Assembly (NCBI GenBank): GCA_963730615.1
Contig: CAVSSR010000006.1
Location: forward strand, 196,251 to 260,250
Source of the DNA: an uncultured Bacteroidales bacterium
GTDB lineage: Bacteria > Bacteroidota > Bacteroidia > Bacteroidales > VadinHA17
Reading direction: 5' to 3'
DNA length: 64,000 bases
Part shown: positions 1 to 9,844 of the stretch, piece by piece
How the letters are laid out: each line of letters begins with the position of its first letter
Numbering within the stretch: position 1 is the first letter of the stretch
Notes under the pieces: generated by a model
What the model saw: the letters and a program-made list of their open reading frames with translations, nothing else
What the model was told of the DNA's origin: nothing
The model's database searches: none
Program-made: the position numbers and the translations under genes

Positions 1-488
1 ACTTCAAAATCAACGGATTTCTCAAGGATGCTCAGCAACAGCGGCATGCCAAGAGCCCCTATCCCGAAGAACACTCCGAGCAGGCTCAGGTCAGCACCCT
101 TGCCTGTGGTGCTTATGTCAGCGACGACAGCATTGGTGGCTCCGTTGATCGCTCCGCCACCCAGTCCTATCATCAGTACAGAGATTACAAGGAGTCCTGT
201 TGTACCTGTAAAAGCCAGTCCCTCAAAACCGGCAAACATCAGCAGGGAAGAAATGACAAGAAGTGGTTTGTATCCGTACCTGTCGCATACCGGCCCGAAG
301 AGGAGTGACCCTCCGATTATTCCCAGGGGCATTATTGAGAAGAGCGTTCCGGCACCGACGGCATCAAGAGAGTGTTTGATCATCAGGTCAGGCAGCACGG
401 AACCCAGGGTAAGGAGTCCAATGCCAAAGAGCAGCATGCCAAGACATGCAGACCAGAAGACCTGTTTACGGTTGTATAGCCTGGTCAT
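1..488 (-). CDS. MFS transporter, N-terminal part (gene continues off the left edge)
   Basis: Minus-strand translation from the ATG at 488 gives MTRLYNRKQVFWSACLGMLLFGIGLLTLGSV...GPVCDRYGYKP...GLGGGAINGATNAVVADI. This shows consecutive hydrophobic helices and an MFS-type D-R-x-G-x-K loop. The ATG overlaps the TGA of the upstream ROK gene (ATGA at 485-488). The listed + ORF 28..630 is its antisense shadow. Confidence 0.7.
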   Translation of the reverse strand, partial: MTRLYNRKQVFWSACLGMLLFGIGLLTLGSVLPDLMIKHSLDAVGAGTLFSIMPLGIIGGSLLFGPVCDRYGYKPLLVISSLLMFAGFEGLAFTGTTGLLVISVLMIGLGGGAINGATNAVVADISTTGKGADLSLLGVFFGIGALGMPLLLSILEKSVDFE

Positions 489-1453
489 TTGTTCTGTTTC
501 AGATCGTCAAGAAATTTCTTTGCGAGGAAACCGGCGCCATATACGCCGGCATCACCTGCCAGAGAAGAAACTTCGAAGCTCACCTGCTTTATGCTTATCG
601 GCTGCGCCCATTTCTCTGCTTCCCGCTTAATGTCAGGAATAAGCTCTGTCGCCGGCCCGAATACGCCTCCGCCGAAGATGATCTTTTCAGGATTGAACAG
701 GCTGACAAGATTGGCTGCAGCCATGCCCCAGTATTCAACTGCCTGCTGTATTATTTCAGTGGCGACAGAATCGCCGTTATGGTAAGCAGAGAAGACGTCC
801 TGTGTAGTTACTTTCCCGGCATTGTCAGCCCTTAACTCACCATCATATGAAATATGTTTCATGAGGTACTCGGCAGCCTGCCTGGCAATGCCCTCGCCTG
901 ATGCATAATATTCAAAGCAGCCGCAGATGGCATACCTGCTTTTGAAAGGCCTGCTCAGCGCCATCCATCCTATGGCACCTGCAATGCTGTCTGCTCCGCG
1001 GAGTATCTCCCCGTTGACTAAAATACCGGCGCCTATGCCTGTGCCCACAGCCAGGAAGATCACATCCCTGCACCCCCGGGCATTGCCTTTCCAGACCTCA
1101 CCTGATATATAGCATGACCTGTCGTTTACGATCACAACGGGCAGTTGCTCAGCAACGGTCCTGATTTCTTTCATGAGAGGGTAGTCATCCCATCCCGGAA
1201 TATTGGGAGCCCACACTGTTCCTTTTTCCTGGCGGCTTATACCCGGAACGGATATGCCGATCGCTTCCACCGGATCATTGTTACTGCCGGCTTGCGCCAG
1301 CATCAGAGCTGCGGTGACAGTAACAAGGTTACCAACCTCTGTTCCCCTGCGGTTACCGATGGCAAGGGTTTCCTTTGCACTTATGTTGCCGGAGTTGTCA
1401 AACAGCGCAAAGGCAATTTTTGTTCCACCAATGTCAATTCCTAAAAGTGCCAT
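485..1453 (-). CDS. ROK family sugar kinase (N-acetylglucosamine/glucose kinase-like)
   Basis: 322-aa intact ORF. It has an N-terminal ATP-binding motif LGIDIGGTKIAF, the ROK signature region LAVGTGIGAGILVNG, and a Cys-containing region ICGCFEYYASGEG. It lies between nagA and an MFS gene with only 4-nt spacing or overlap. Confidence 0.85.
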   Translation of the reverse strand: MALLGIDIGGTKIAFALFDNSGNISAKETLAIGNRRGTEVGNLVTVTAALMLAQAGSNNDPVEAIGISVPGISRQEKGTVWAPNIPGWDDYPLMKEIRTVAEQLPVVIVNDRSCYISGEVWKGNARGCRDVIFLAVGTGIGAGILVNGEILRGADSIAGAIGWMALSRPFKSRYAICGCFEYYASGEGIARQAAEYLMKHISYDGELRADNAGKVTTQDVFSAYHNGDSVATEIIQQAVEYWGMAAANLVSLFNPEKIIFGGGVFGPATELIPDIKREAEKWAQPISIKQVSFEVSSLAGDAGVYGAGFLAKKFLDDLKQNK

Positions 1454-1457
1454 GATA

Positions 1458-2570
1458 TCAGTTTATTATTGTCATTTTTTCATTATAAAACATCCCTTTC
1501 AGTTCTTGATCCTTGTCCATCACAATGAGATCAGCCCTGGCTCCTGGAGAAATGACACCGCGGTCAGTTGCCTTTATCAATTGTGCAGGGTAGAGGGAGG
1601 CCATCCTTAACGCCTCTTCAGTATTGATGCCCGCATGAGTGATGCAATTTTTTACAGCTGCATGCATTGTAAGCTTTGAGCCCGAAAGCGTGCCGTCAGG
1701 CAAAGTATAGCGATCATTTTGTCTGACATGCTGATAAGCACCATGATCATTTTCTTCAACGGCATCCGAGATCAGGAAGAGCCTCTCCTTCATTATTTTC
1801 TTGGCCATTGTCAGCACGGAAAAGTCCACATGAATGCCATCGGCGATGATGCTTGCACGCGCTTTATCGGAGTTGAAGACCGCACCGGGGAGACCGGGGT
1901 CACGGTGATGCAGCGGCGACATGGCATTAAAGAGATGCGTTGTAGTCTCAATGCCATGGGCGAACCCATCTGAGGCCTCCGTGAAGGTGGCGTTGCTGTG
2001 CCCGGCGGCAACGGTCACCCCATTGTCCCTGAGGATACTGATAATCTCAGGTGTGCATACCTCAGGAGCAACGGTCATCATCTTAATGAGGCCGTCAGCC
2101 TCTTTCAGGAGGGTGGTTATCCCGGATACAGTCGGGCGCCTGATGAGCTCTTTGACATGAGCGCCTCTCTTTGCGATACTTATGTATGGACCTTCGAGAT
2201 GCAGCCCCAGAATTGCGGGGTGAGGATTCTCCCTGACGGTTTTGAATGCACTGCTTATGACTTCATCGGTGTTTGTCGGAAGAGCCAGCAGGAAGCCGGT
2301 AGTGCCACTGCTGAGGATAGCGGCAGTGATGGCTTCCAGGGCCTCGGGTGATGTATTGGACGAAAAGAGATATCCACCGCCGCCAGCAATCTGAAGATCG
2401 ATATGTCCTGGCGCAACCAGAAAGCCCATGCAGTCAATAGTTTTTACATCGGGAGGCAATGATAAAAAATCAGAAAATCCCGTGACCCTGCCTCCTGAAA
2501 TAAGGAGTGCCTTGTCACTTATCATCTCACTTCCGGTGAAGAAAGTTGCATTTATTAAAGCTATGTGCAT
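1458..2570 (-). CDS. nagA: N-acetylglucosamine-6-phosphate deacetylase
   Basis: 370-aa intact ORF with NagA/amidohydrolase motifs: GHIDLQI, HLEGPYIS, AAGHSNAT, THLFNAMS and IADGIHVD. Confidence 0.9.
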   Translation of the reverse strand: MHIALINATFFTGSEMISDKALLISGGRVTGFSDFLSLPPDVKTIDCMGFLVAPGHIDLQIAGGGGYLFSSNTSPEALEAITAAILSSGTTGFLLALPTNTDEVISSAFKTVRENPHPAILGLHLEGPYISIAKRGAHVKELIRRPTVSGITTLLKEADGLIKMMTVAPEVCTPEIISILRDNGVTVAAGHSNATFTEASDGFAHGIETTTHLFNAMSPLHHRDPGLPGAVFNSDKARASIIADGIHVDFSVLTMAKKIMKERLFLISDAVEENDHGAYQHVRQNDRYTLPDGTLSGSKLTMHAAVKNCITHAGINTEEALRMASLYPAQLIKATDRGVISPGARADLIVMDKDQELKGMFYNEKMTIIN

Positions 2571-2690
2571 CGTGTTTTGTTGCTTCTGAAAAAATATTCA
2601 ACCGCCCTCCAAAGATATAATTTTCCCGTCGTGATAATTTTGTGTAAATTGTAATCTCTTTTAACAATATCAGGTATAAATAAACTCACC

Positions 2691-3905
2691 ATGGGAAACA
2701 GCAAGCGCAGGGAATTCCTTAAGAAGAGTGTTCTCGGGATCACAGGAGCAACACTTCTGCAGGGAAATGCCAGATCAACAGAATCCCCGGATGTCAGGCA
2801 GGGAAAGATTGCTGAACTTCCTTCCCGGGTGCTCGGCAGGACAGGCATCAGGGCACCTCTGATCAGCCTTGGTGCCGGGGGTGCCTATGACCCTAATTTT
2901 GTCCGGGCTGCCTATGATGCCGGCATCAAACTTTTCTTTTCCGCAACATATTATGGTGAAGGGAACAATGAAAAAATGGTTGGCGAAGGCCTGAAGGGTC
3001 TTCCCAGGGATTCTTTCGTTGTCGGAACGGCGGTTCCGGCTGACGGGTTTGACAACAGGCAGGGGAATTTCAGTTCCGGGTTTGATCCGGATGCCTACAT
3101 CAGGAAAGCTGAAGCATGCCTTACGCGGTTCGGCCTTGATTATGTTGACTTCTTTTTGTTTCCGTTTGCCGGTAAGCGCGAATCACTTTTGCATGAACCG
3201 TTGCTTAAAGCTCTTTCAAAACTTAAGGCAGAGGGGAAGACGCGCTTTCTCGGAGCAGCAACGCACAACAACTGTGAGGATGCCCTGCGGCTGGCTGCAG
3301 ACAGCGGAATATATGACATAGTAATGACCGCATATAACTTCACCACAGAAAACAAGGAGAAAATGAATGAGGCGTTGGCCTATGCTGCCGGTAAGGGAAT
3401 TGGCATTCTTGCTATGAAAACTACTGCCGGCGGGTTCCGCGACAAAAACCGCACTCAGCCGGTGAATACCAATGCGGCATTAAAGTGGGTTCTGCAAAAT
3501 GAAAATATTTCAACCATTGTTTCAGGGATGAGCTCTGTGGAGCAGATGAAGAAGAACCTGACAATGATCAGCGATCTCAGGATGACCCCGGATGAACTGA
3601 AAGACCTTGAGCTGGCAGTATCAGGTCCTGAACCGGGTCTTTACTGTCACCAGTGTCGCCGTTGCGTGCCGCAGTGCCCTTACAACCTCGAGATACCGGC
3701 TGCCATGCGAAGCTATATGTATGCCTATGGCTACCGGAATACCAGGCTGGCAAAAGCAAACCTCGAAGATGCCGGTTTTGACGGAAGCTGCTGTGAGAGT
3801 TGTTCATCATGCAGTGTGAAATGCACAGCAGGATTTGATATCAAAGAAAAAATCCGGGATATCTCCCGCCTGAGAGAAGTCCCGGATGAGTTTCTGTCAG
3901 CCTGA
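2691..3905 (+). CDS. Tat-signal aldo/keto reductase with C-terminal Cys-rich (4Fe-4S-type) domain
   Basis: 404 aa. The N-terminus KRREFLKKSVLGITGATLL is a twin-arginine signal. The body is AKR-like (GLDYVDFFLF, AMKTTAGG). The C-terminus has CHQCRRCVPQCP and CCESCSSCSVKC cluster motifs. It is divergent from nagA. Confidence 0.75.
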   Translation: MGNSKRREFLKKSVLGITGATLLQGNARSTESPDVRQGKIAELPSRVLGRTGIRAPLISLGAGGAYDPNFVRAAYDAGIKLFFSATYYGEGNNEKMVGEGLKGLPRDSFVVGTAVPADGFDNRQGNFSSGFDPDAYIRKAEACLTRFGLDYVDFFLFPFAGKRESLLHEPLLKALSKLKAEGKTRFLGAATHNNCEDALRLAADSGIYDIVMTAYNFTTENKEKMNEALAYAAGKGIGILAMKTTAGGFRDKNRTQPVNTNAALKWVLQNENISTIVSGMSSVEQMKKNLTMISDLRMTPDELKDLELAVSGPEPGLYCHQCRRCVPQCPYNLEIPAAMRSYMYAYGYRNTRLAKANLEDAGFDGSCCESCSSCSVKCTAGFDIKEKIRDISRLREVPDEFLSA

Positions 3906-3923
3906 CAGTGTCTCAGGAGCAAC

Positions 3924-5489
3924 TCAGTTGACTGTTTCTTTTCTTGTCAGATAAAGATCATGGAAGTCAAAGCTGAAATCTGTCAGCGGGGAGATGGCTT
4001 CCATCGTTATCGAAGATGGCTTACCGTCTTTATCAAGTGCGAAAACCACAAATGCGTCGGCGTCGAGGGTTCTGTCATCCCATTTGACTATGTAAGTATT
4101 TCCCGTGTAAAAGATCATCTCCCCTCGAAGCTTCGGAGACCGCACTGAATTGAACCTGAGCTTTCCTTTAACCGATGAGATGACTATGTCACCAAACCAA
4201 TCGTCGGTGTAGGTCCCGGTGTAAAGAGCCGGGTCAGTGCACTGGGTTCCCTTCTTCTGCTGTTCCCCGACCTTTGCCCATATTTCATCAGTGACCTTTT
4301 TTGCATCAGACTGGTTCTTCAGAACCCGTTCGTGCAGTTCTTTGACCCTGTCGACGCCCTTAATTCCGAAGTAACTGTCCTTGATGGTGTTGGTAATTGC
4401 GGTAAAGGCAGCGCCTTCCTGCTGGTTGGTGAATACGATTATTCCAAGTTTTAGCTCTGGGATAAGAGTCACCTGGGTCACTATACCCATCAGCCCTCCG
4501 GTGTGGGAGGCTTGCAGGTAACCGCTTACATCTGACAATCCCCATCCGAGGCCATAACCTGAGAAATGTGTGTTATAGGTTGTGCGGCCTCTGACAGGTA
4601 TTATTGTTTGCGGGGTCCACATCTCATTATGCACTTCCTCGGAGAAGATCTGTTTCTCAAGGTCTTTTCCGTATTTGCCATTGTTCATCTGCATGATGAC
4701 CCATTTGCTCATGTCAGCCACGCTGCTGAATATTCCACCGGCGGGATTATGCACATCGCTTTCATGTTTTGCGACAACCTGCAGGACACCGTTGACAGGC
4801 ACATGAGCATCAATTATATTTGTCCTGTCCTTAAGCCTGTTGATCGATGCGGCTGACTTGGTCATGCCAAGCGGCTGCATGATTCTCTCCTCAATGAATT
4901 CTTCCCAGGTGGTCCCGGACACTCTTTCAACAACAACTCCGGCGACAATGTAAAGGAGATTATCATAATCGTATTTCGTTCTGAACGATGATGTCTGTTT
5001 GAGATAACGGAGGTTATTTATGATATCCTGTCTTGTAAATGATGCTGAATCGGGCCACATCATCAGGTCGCCGGCACCGAGGCCAAGTCCGCTCCGGTGG
5101 GTGAGGAGATCCTTGATGTTGAAATCCTCGGTCACATAAGAATTATAAAGTCTGAATTCGGGAATAATGTCTATGACCTTCGTGTTCCAGGTCAGTTTCC
5201 CTTCATCGACAAGGATGCCCAGGGCTGCTGTGGTGAAGGCTTTGGAATTGGATGCAATTGCAAACAGGGTGTTTTCATCCGTCTTCTTTCCGGTGGCTAT
5301 TGAGCTGACACCGTAGCCTTTCAGGTGGATCACCTTATCGTCTTTCACTACCGCTACGGCAATTCCCGGTACATTAAAGACCTTCATTGTCAGGTTCACC
5401 AGACTGTCTATCTGTGGTGATGTAATTGGCTGGGAATAAGCTGAAATGACCAGCAGCAGCACCAGTGTCGTCGAGATAATTTTCTTCAT
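3924..5489 (-). CDS. secreted serine hydrolase, class C beta-lactamase/PBP family
   Basis: ORF 3924..5519; the likely start is MKKIISTTLVLLLVISAYSQ at 5489 (signal peptide). It has an SxxK active-site motif (ASNSKAF), a YDY/YxN-like region and an HTGG region, plus a C-terminal lipocalin-like extension. Confidence 0.8.
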   Translation of the reverse strand: MKKIISTTLVLLLVISAYSQPITSPQIDSLVNLTMKVFNVPGIAVAVVKDDKVIHLKGYGVSSIATGKKTDENTLFAIASNSKAFTTAALGILVDEGKLTWNTKVIDIIPEFRLYNSYVTEDFNIKDLLTHRSGLGLGAGDLMMWPDSASFTRQDIINNLRYLKQTSSFRTKYDYDNLLYIVAGVVVERVSGTTWEEFIEERIMQPLGMTKSAASINRLKDRTNIIDAHVPVNGVLQVVAKHESDVHNPAGGIFSSVADMSKWVIMQMNNGKYGKDLEKQIFSEEVHNEMWTPQTIIPVRGRTTYNTHFSGYGLGWGLSDVSGYLQASHTGGLMGIVTQVTLIPELKLGIIVFTNQQEGAAFTAITNTIKDSYFGIKGVDRVKELHERVLKNQSDAKKVTDEIWAKVGEQQKKGTQCTDPALYTGTYTDDWFGDIVISSVKGKLRFNSVRSPKLRGEMIFYTGNTYIVKWDDRTLDADAFVVFALDKDGKPSSITMEAISPLTDFSFDFHDLYLTRKETVN

Positions 5490-5499
5490 GATTTCAGAT

Positions 5500-6366
5500 T
5501 TAAAGATTAAATACTGCAATAAGCACGATCATCACCAGAATGGAGAAAGAATTTATCAGGATAAAGGCATGTCTCGACCTTTTCTCGGTTTCGGGAAGGC
5601 TTATGATCTGCCGGAACAACAGAATAAATACAATGTTAAGAACCAGGAGCAACACACCTGCAATCGCAGGCAGGGGCATGAATATGCCGGCAAGTATCCA
5701 TAGCGCCAGTGATGAAACGATGATCCAGATGAATACCAGGCGTTTTATCTTTTCGCCATCCATTGTGCTGTACAGGGTTTTAATGCCGGCTTTTTCATAT
5801 TCACTGCCGTATCTGACCAGCAGCAGCCAGAAGTGGGGCATCTGCCAGAGAAACATGAAGAGGGCGAAGAGCATGATTACAGTATCGGTCACGGCTCCTC
5901 CCGCGGCTGTATATCCTATAACAGGAGGGATGGCTCCCACAAGTGCCCCGGGCACAATGGCAAGCGTGGTCCGTTTCTTTAGTCCTGTATAGATTACATT
6001 ATAGAGGAGCACATTCACCAGGCCAAGGAAGAATGGCATCCGGCCACTGAAACCAAGAAGGATGCTGCCGGAGACAAGCAGTATAACCGCGACAGCAATG
6101 GCAGCGGGCGGGGTCATGCGACCCGAGGGCAGAGGCCTGCCTGCAGTCCTGGGCATAAGGGCATCACTGTCTCTCTCAGTGTATTGGTTGAGAGCCGAAG
6201 CACCTGATGACAGTAGAAAGACACCTGCTGCCACCGCTGTCAGACCACTGTCAGCTCCTCCCGAAGAAATGAGGAAACCTGTCACTGATGAGAACGCAAC
6301 GGCCAGCGAGAGCTTCCATTTTGTGAGCTCTGCAACCATGGCTGCAGATGACCTGTTATCTGGCAT
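5500..6366 (-). CDS. cyoE: protoheme IX farnesyltransferase (heme O synthase)
   Basis: 288 aa, polytopic UbiA-family protein. It has the prenyltransferase motif NQYTERDSDALMPRTAGRPLPSG. It is the last gene of the cox cluster. Confidence 0.85.
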   Translation of the reverse strand: MPDNRSSAAMVAELTKWKLSLAVAFSSVTGFLISSGGADSGLTAVAAGVFLLSSGASALNQYTERDSDALMPRTAGRPLPSGRMTPPAAIAVAVILLVSGSILLGFSGRMPFFLGLVNVLLYNVIYTGLKKRTTLAIVPGALVGAIPPVIGYTAAGGAVTDTVIMLFALFMFLWQMPHFWLLLVRYGSEYEKAGIKTLYSTMDGEKIKRLVFIWIIVSSLALWILAGIFMPLPAIAGVLLLVLNIVFILLFRQIISLPETEKRSRHAFILINSFSILVMIVLIAVFNL

Positions 6367-7285
6367 CCTGGCTGAGTGTCTTCAGATATCCGGTGATGAC
6401 AGCTATGTCAGCCTCTGTGAGTAATGCCTTGTATGATTGCATCAGGTTCTTTGGAAATCCGGCAACTATGTCATCATTGGGATTGTAGATCGAGTTGGTG
6501 ATGTACGCATCATCAGCCGTTACTGTTGTTTCTGTATTTCCCGAAACAACCGAACGCTGTGAGCCGTACAAGCCCGCGAAGGACGGACCGACAAGCTTCG
6601 TGGCGTCAAGCGAGTGACATGCCAGGCATCCTGTATTCCTGAGCAGCTTCAGTCCTTCAGGCTCAGGTACATATGCTGCTGCTGCAAGCTCTTTATACCA
6701 CCTGTCAAATTCCTCCTGTTCCACAATACGGGTCTTCGATGTCATGGCTGAATGCAACAGCCCGCAATACTCTGTACAAAGGATCTCATAATTACCGATA
6801 TAATTTGGAGTGAACCACAGGTAATTGTCATACCCGGGAATTGCATCCTCCTTGACTCTGAATGCCGGAATAAACAGGCTGTGATTGACATCTTCCGACA
6901 CCAGCTCGAGCTTTACCGGTTTGTTGATGGGCAGCACCAGTTCCTTCGACTTCAGGCTGTCGCCGTAAATGAATTCCCACTCCCACATGCGTCCGATGGC
7001 CTTTATGACCATTGCATCAGCCGGCACCCTGCGCATCGGTGCAAAGGCTTTCAATCCCACCCAGAACATTAACATCACCAGTGCCAGGGGAACCGCAGTC
7101 CATAAGATTTCAAGTTTCATGTTGCTCGAGAACTGTTTTGCTTCTTTCCCCTTTTTCCGGGAAAAATGAATAACAGTGTAGATCATAAAGGCAGTTATCC
7201 CTATAATGAAAATGAAGGCTATAATAAAGATGAACAGGAATGCCTTGTCTACTCCTTCTGCCAGATTTGATGCCCCTGTAAACAT
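6356..7285 (-). CDS. coxB: cytochrome c oxidase subunit II with fused C-terminal cytochrome c (caa3-type)
   Basis: 309 aa with two N-terminal TM helices. The CuA centre motif is HSLFIP...CTEYCGLLHSAM. The C-terminal domain has the heme-c motif CLACHS. Confidence 0.85.
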   Translation of the reverse strand: MFTGASNLAEGVDKAFLFIFIIAFIFIIGITAFMIYTVIHFSRKKGKEAKQFSSNMKLEILWTAVPLALVMLMFWVGLKAFAPMRRVPADAMVIKAIGRMWEWEFIYGDSLKSKELVLPINKPVKLELVSEDVNHSLFIPAFRVKEDAIPGYDNYLWFTPNYIGNYEILCTEYCGLLHSAMTSKTRIVEQEEFDRWYKELAAAAYVPEPEGLKLLRNTGCLACHSLDATKLVGPSFAGLYGSQRSVVSGNTETTVTADDAYITNSIYNPNDDIVAGFPKNLMQSYKALLTEADIAVITGYLKTLSQDAR

Positions 7286-7296
7286 AATTATCCTTT

Positions 7297-7581
7297 TTAT
7301 CTGAAGTAATAATCAACGAATGTAATGATTACAACCAGTGCAAACAGCACGAAGACTCCTGTTACTGCCAGCCTGAGGAACATGTTCTCAAACTTGAGAT
7401 GCATAAACTGGGTAAGCACTATTGCAACCTTTGTGCAGGCAATTACAAGTGCCAGGACAACTGTAAAAGGTCCGAGGTGAAATCCTGTTGCCAGGACTGA
7501 GATAGTGGTAAGAACCAGCAGAATGGCCAGCACAACCGCCAGAGATGAAAATGATGAAATATGTTTTTCTTCTTGCTTCAT
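7297..7581 (-). CDS. cytochrome c oxidase subunit IV family small membrane protein
   Basis: 94 aa with 3 TM helices. It has the conserved KVAIVLTQFMHLK motif of prokaryotic CoxIV/CyoD-type subunits and lies between coxIII and coxII. Confidence 0.7.
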   Translation of the reverse strand: MKQEEKHISSFSSLAVVLAILLVLTTISVLATGFHLGPFTVVLALVIACTKVAIVLTQFMHLKFENMFLRLAVTGVFVLFALVVIITFVDYYFR

Positions 7582-7588
7582 AGCTATC

Positions 7589-8203
7589 TCAGGTTATCAG
7601 GTAAAGGAGAGGAAACAGGAAAATCCATATCAGGTCTACAAGGTGCCAGTAAAGGGCGCTGTTCTCAAGCATCAGGAAACTGGTGCTGTTAACCTTGCGC
7701 GCCCGCACCCTCACCACGTTAATAGACAGCAGCACCATACCTATGATCACGTGCAGTGCATGGAGGCCGGTCATCATGTAGTAAAGGCCGAAGAACAGGA
7801 GCTCGCCGTGTGACATGTTCTTCAGAACCGGTGAACCCGGATAGATACCGTACTCAAACTTATGCGACCACTCAAAGTACTTATTTAACAAAAACAGAGC
7901 AGCCAGAAGAAGGGTTACAGTTAACAGGAACAGGGTAAGCCGCCTGTCACCTTTCTGCATTGCAGCCAGGGCCATTGCCACGGTCATACTGCTGACAAGC
8001 AGGAAGACAGTGTTCATGGTTCCTATGAAAGCGTTCAGCTCTCCGGCTCCGGCATGAAATTCAGCAGAGTACTTCGCCCTGAAAATGGCATATACAAGGA
8101 ACAGGCCCCCGAAAAGGAACAGCTCGGTGAACAGGAAAATCCACATTCCCAGTTTACCTGTCTCGCTGTCGATATGCTCCGTATGGGTTTGATGAACTGC
8201 CAT
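7589..8203 (-). CDS. coxC: cytochrome c oxidase subunit III
   Basis: 204 aa, 5-TM short form of subunit III. Recognisable stretches are [33 protein letters not shown] and the C-terminal HxVD motif. Confidence 0.85.
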   Translation of the reverse strand: MAVHQTHTEHIDSETGKLGMWIFLFTELFLFGGLFLVYAIFRAKYSAEFHAGAGELNAFIGTMNTVFLLVSSMTVAMALAAMQKGDRRLTLFLLTVTLLLAALFLLNKYFEWSHKFEYGIYPGSPVLKNMSHGELLFFGLYYMMTGLHALHVIIGMVLLSINVVRVRARKVNSTSFLMLENSALYWHLVDLIWIFLFPLLYLIT

Positions 8204-8213
8204 GGATAATCTT

Positions 8214-9832
8214 CTATTTGGTTTCTTCCTTTTTACCGAAAAAATATGGCCTCGAGGTTATCTCAGGTATCTCTTCAAAGTTCTCATGGGGCGGGGGTGA
8301 TGGTATCGTCCATTCCAGTGTGACACCGTGCCAGGGATTGGCAGGAGCGATAGCTCCCCGCCGCCTGGCAACCAGAAGGTTACAGACCATGAGAATCAGT
8401 CCGGCAAACAGTATGAAAGCTCCGATCGTTGAAAGGAAGTGTCCTGTATGGAACTGAGGCAGGTAATCATATGCGCGTCTCGGCATTCCCTGTATCCCGA
8501 TGATAAAGAGCGGGAAATAGAGAAGGTTGAACCCGACGAAGTTAAATCCCCATGCAATGTTTGCAACCTTGTTATTGTACATCCTTCCGAACATCTTGGG
8601 GAACCAGTAGTGTATTGCAGCGAAGAAGGAGAAGCCCATGCCTCCGAATATGATGTAGTGAAAGTGGGCTACCACAAACGCAGTGTCGTGGGTCTGAATA
8701 TTGGTTGCCAGGGATCCCAGAACCAGTCCTGTGAAACCACCTATCATAAAAAGAAAAATAAATGAAATGGCGTACAGCAGGGGAGGCTTAAGATCTATTG
8801 ATCCTCCGTACATTGTTGATATCCAGTTAAATACTTTTACAGCACTGGGTATTGCCACAATGAATGTAAGGAACGAGAAGAACCACCTGGCAGTATAGCT
8901 CATGCCTGCTGTAAACATGTGGTGTCCCCATACGAAGTACCCGACAAAGGCAATGGCAAGGCTGGAAATTACAATGGCTCCGTAGCCGAACACAGGTTTC
9001 TGGCTGAAGGTGGGGAATATCTCAGTGACGACACCCATGGCAGGCAATATCATAATGTATACCGCAGGGTGCGAATATATCCAGAAAAGATGCTGGAACA
9101 GCACCGGGTCACCTCCGAGAGCAGGATCGAAGAAACCGATATTCAGCACTCTCTCTGCTATTACCATCAGAAGGGTTATCCCTATTATCGGGGTGGCAAG
9201 AACCTGTATCCATGCCGTGGCATAGAGGGCCCATGGAAAGAGAGGCATCCTCATCCATTTCATTCCGGGTGCACGCATCCGGTGAATGGTGACAATAAAG
9301 TTAAGACCGGTAAGAATGGAGGAAAAGCCCAGAATGAAAGCGGCAGTGAGAGCCCAGATGACACTTGTTGACGACTCCACGCTGTAAGGAACATAGAAGG
9401 TCCAGCCTGTATCAGGCGGCCCGTTTCCCATGAACTGTGAAAGCAACTCCCAGAAGGGCACCTATGATATAAAGGTACCACGAGAACAGATTCAGTTTGG
9501 GAAAAGCCACGTCTTTTGCCCCGATGAGTATAGGCAGGAAAAAGTTGCCGAAAACGGTCGCCAGACCCGGAATGACGATCACAAATATCATGATGATCCC
9601 GTGAATGGTGAAGAGACCGTTGTATGTCTGCGGTCCCATGATAGTGCGGCCCGGAGCTATAAGCTCTATGCGCATCAGCAACTCCGAGGAAGGCAGCAAC
9701 AAAAAAGAAGACGATGACGGCATAGAGGTACATCAGCCCGATCCGCTTGTGATCAGTGGTCAGCAGCCATGACCATATTCCCTTGTGCCTGCCCTGGTAT
9801 TCCAGGTAGCTTACCTGTGTTTCACTTCCCAT
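8214..9832 (-). CDS. coxA: cytochrome c oxidase subunit I (reading frame broken twice in this sequence)
   Basis: Three overlapping frames together make one CoxI. The N-terminus runs from 9832 ([16 protein letters not shown]). The middle piece is in the frame of ORF 9412..9723 ([11 protein letters not shown]...[21 protein letters not shown]). The rest is ORF 8214..9461 ([38 protein letters not shown]). The shifts are near 9690 and 9440. Confidence 0.9.
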
Positions 9833-9844
9833 ACTTGCCTCTTT

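Noticed and set aside
485-488. ATGA stop/start overlaps (485-488, 10624-10627, 17114-17117, 31986-31989) considered as something unusual
   Set aside because: This is ordinary translational coupling within operons. It is useful only as support for operon structure and start-codon choice.
28-835. Plus-strand ORFs 28..630, 446..835 and 489..785, and the many similar + ORFs overlapping minus-strand genes throughout the window
   Set aside because: They are antisense shadow frames of well-supported minus-strand genes (MFS, ROK and others). They are low-complexity and Pro/Arg/Ser-rich with no recognisable motifs.
9260-9832. The 190-aa ORF taken as a separate protein
   Set aside because: Only its first ~45 residues are genuine (the CoxI N-terminus). 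The remainder is the out-of-frame reading of coxI, and the true continuation lies in two other frames.
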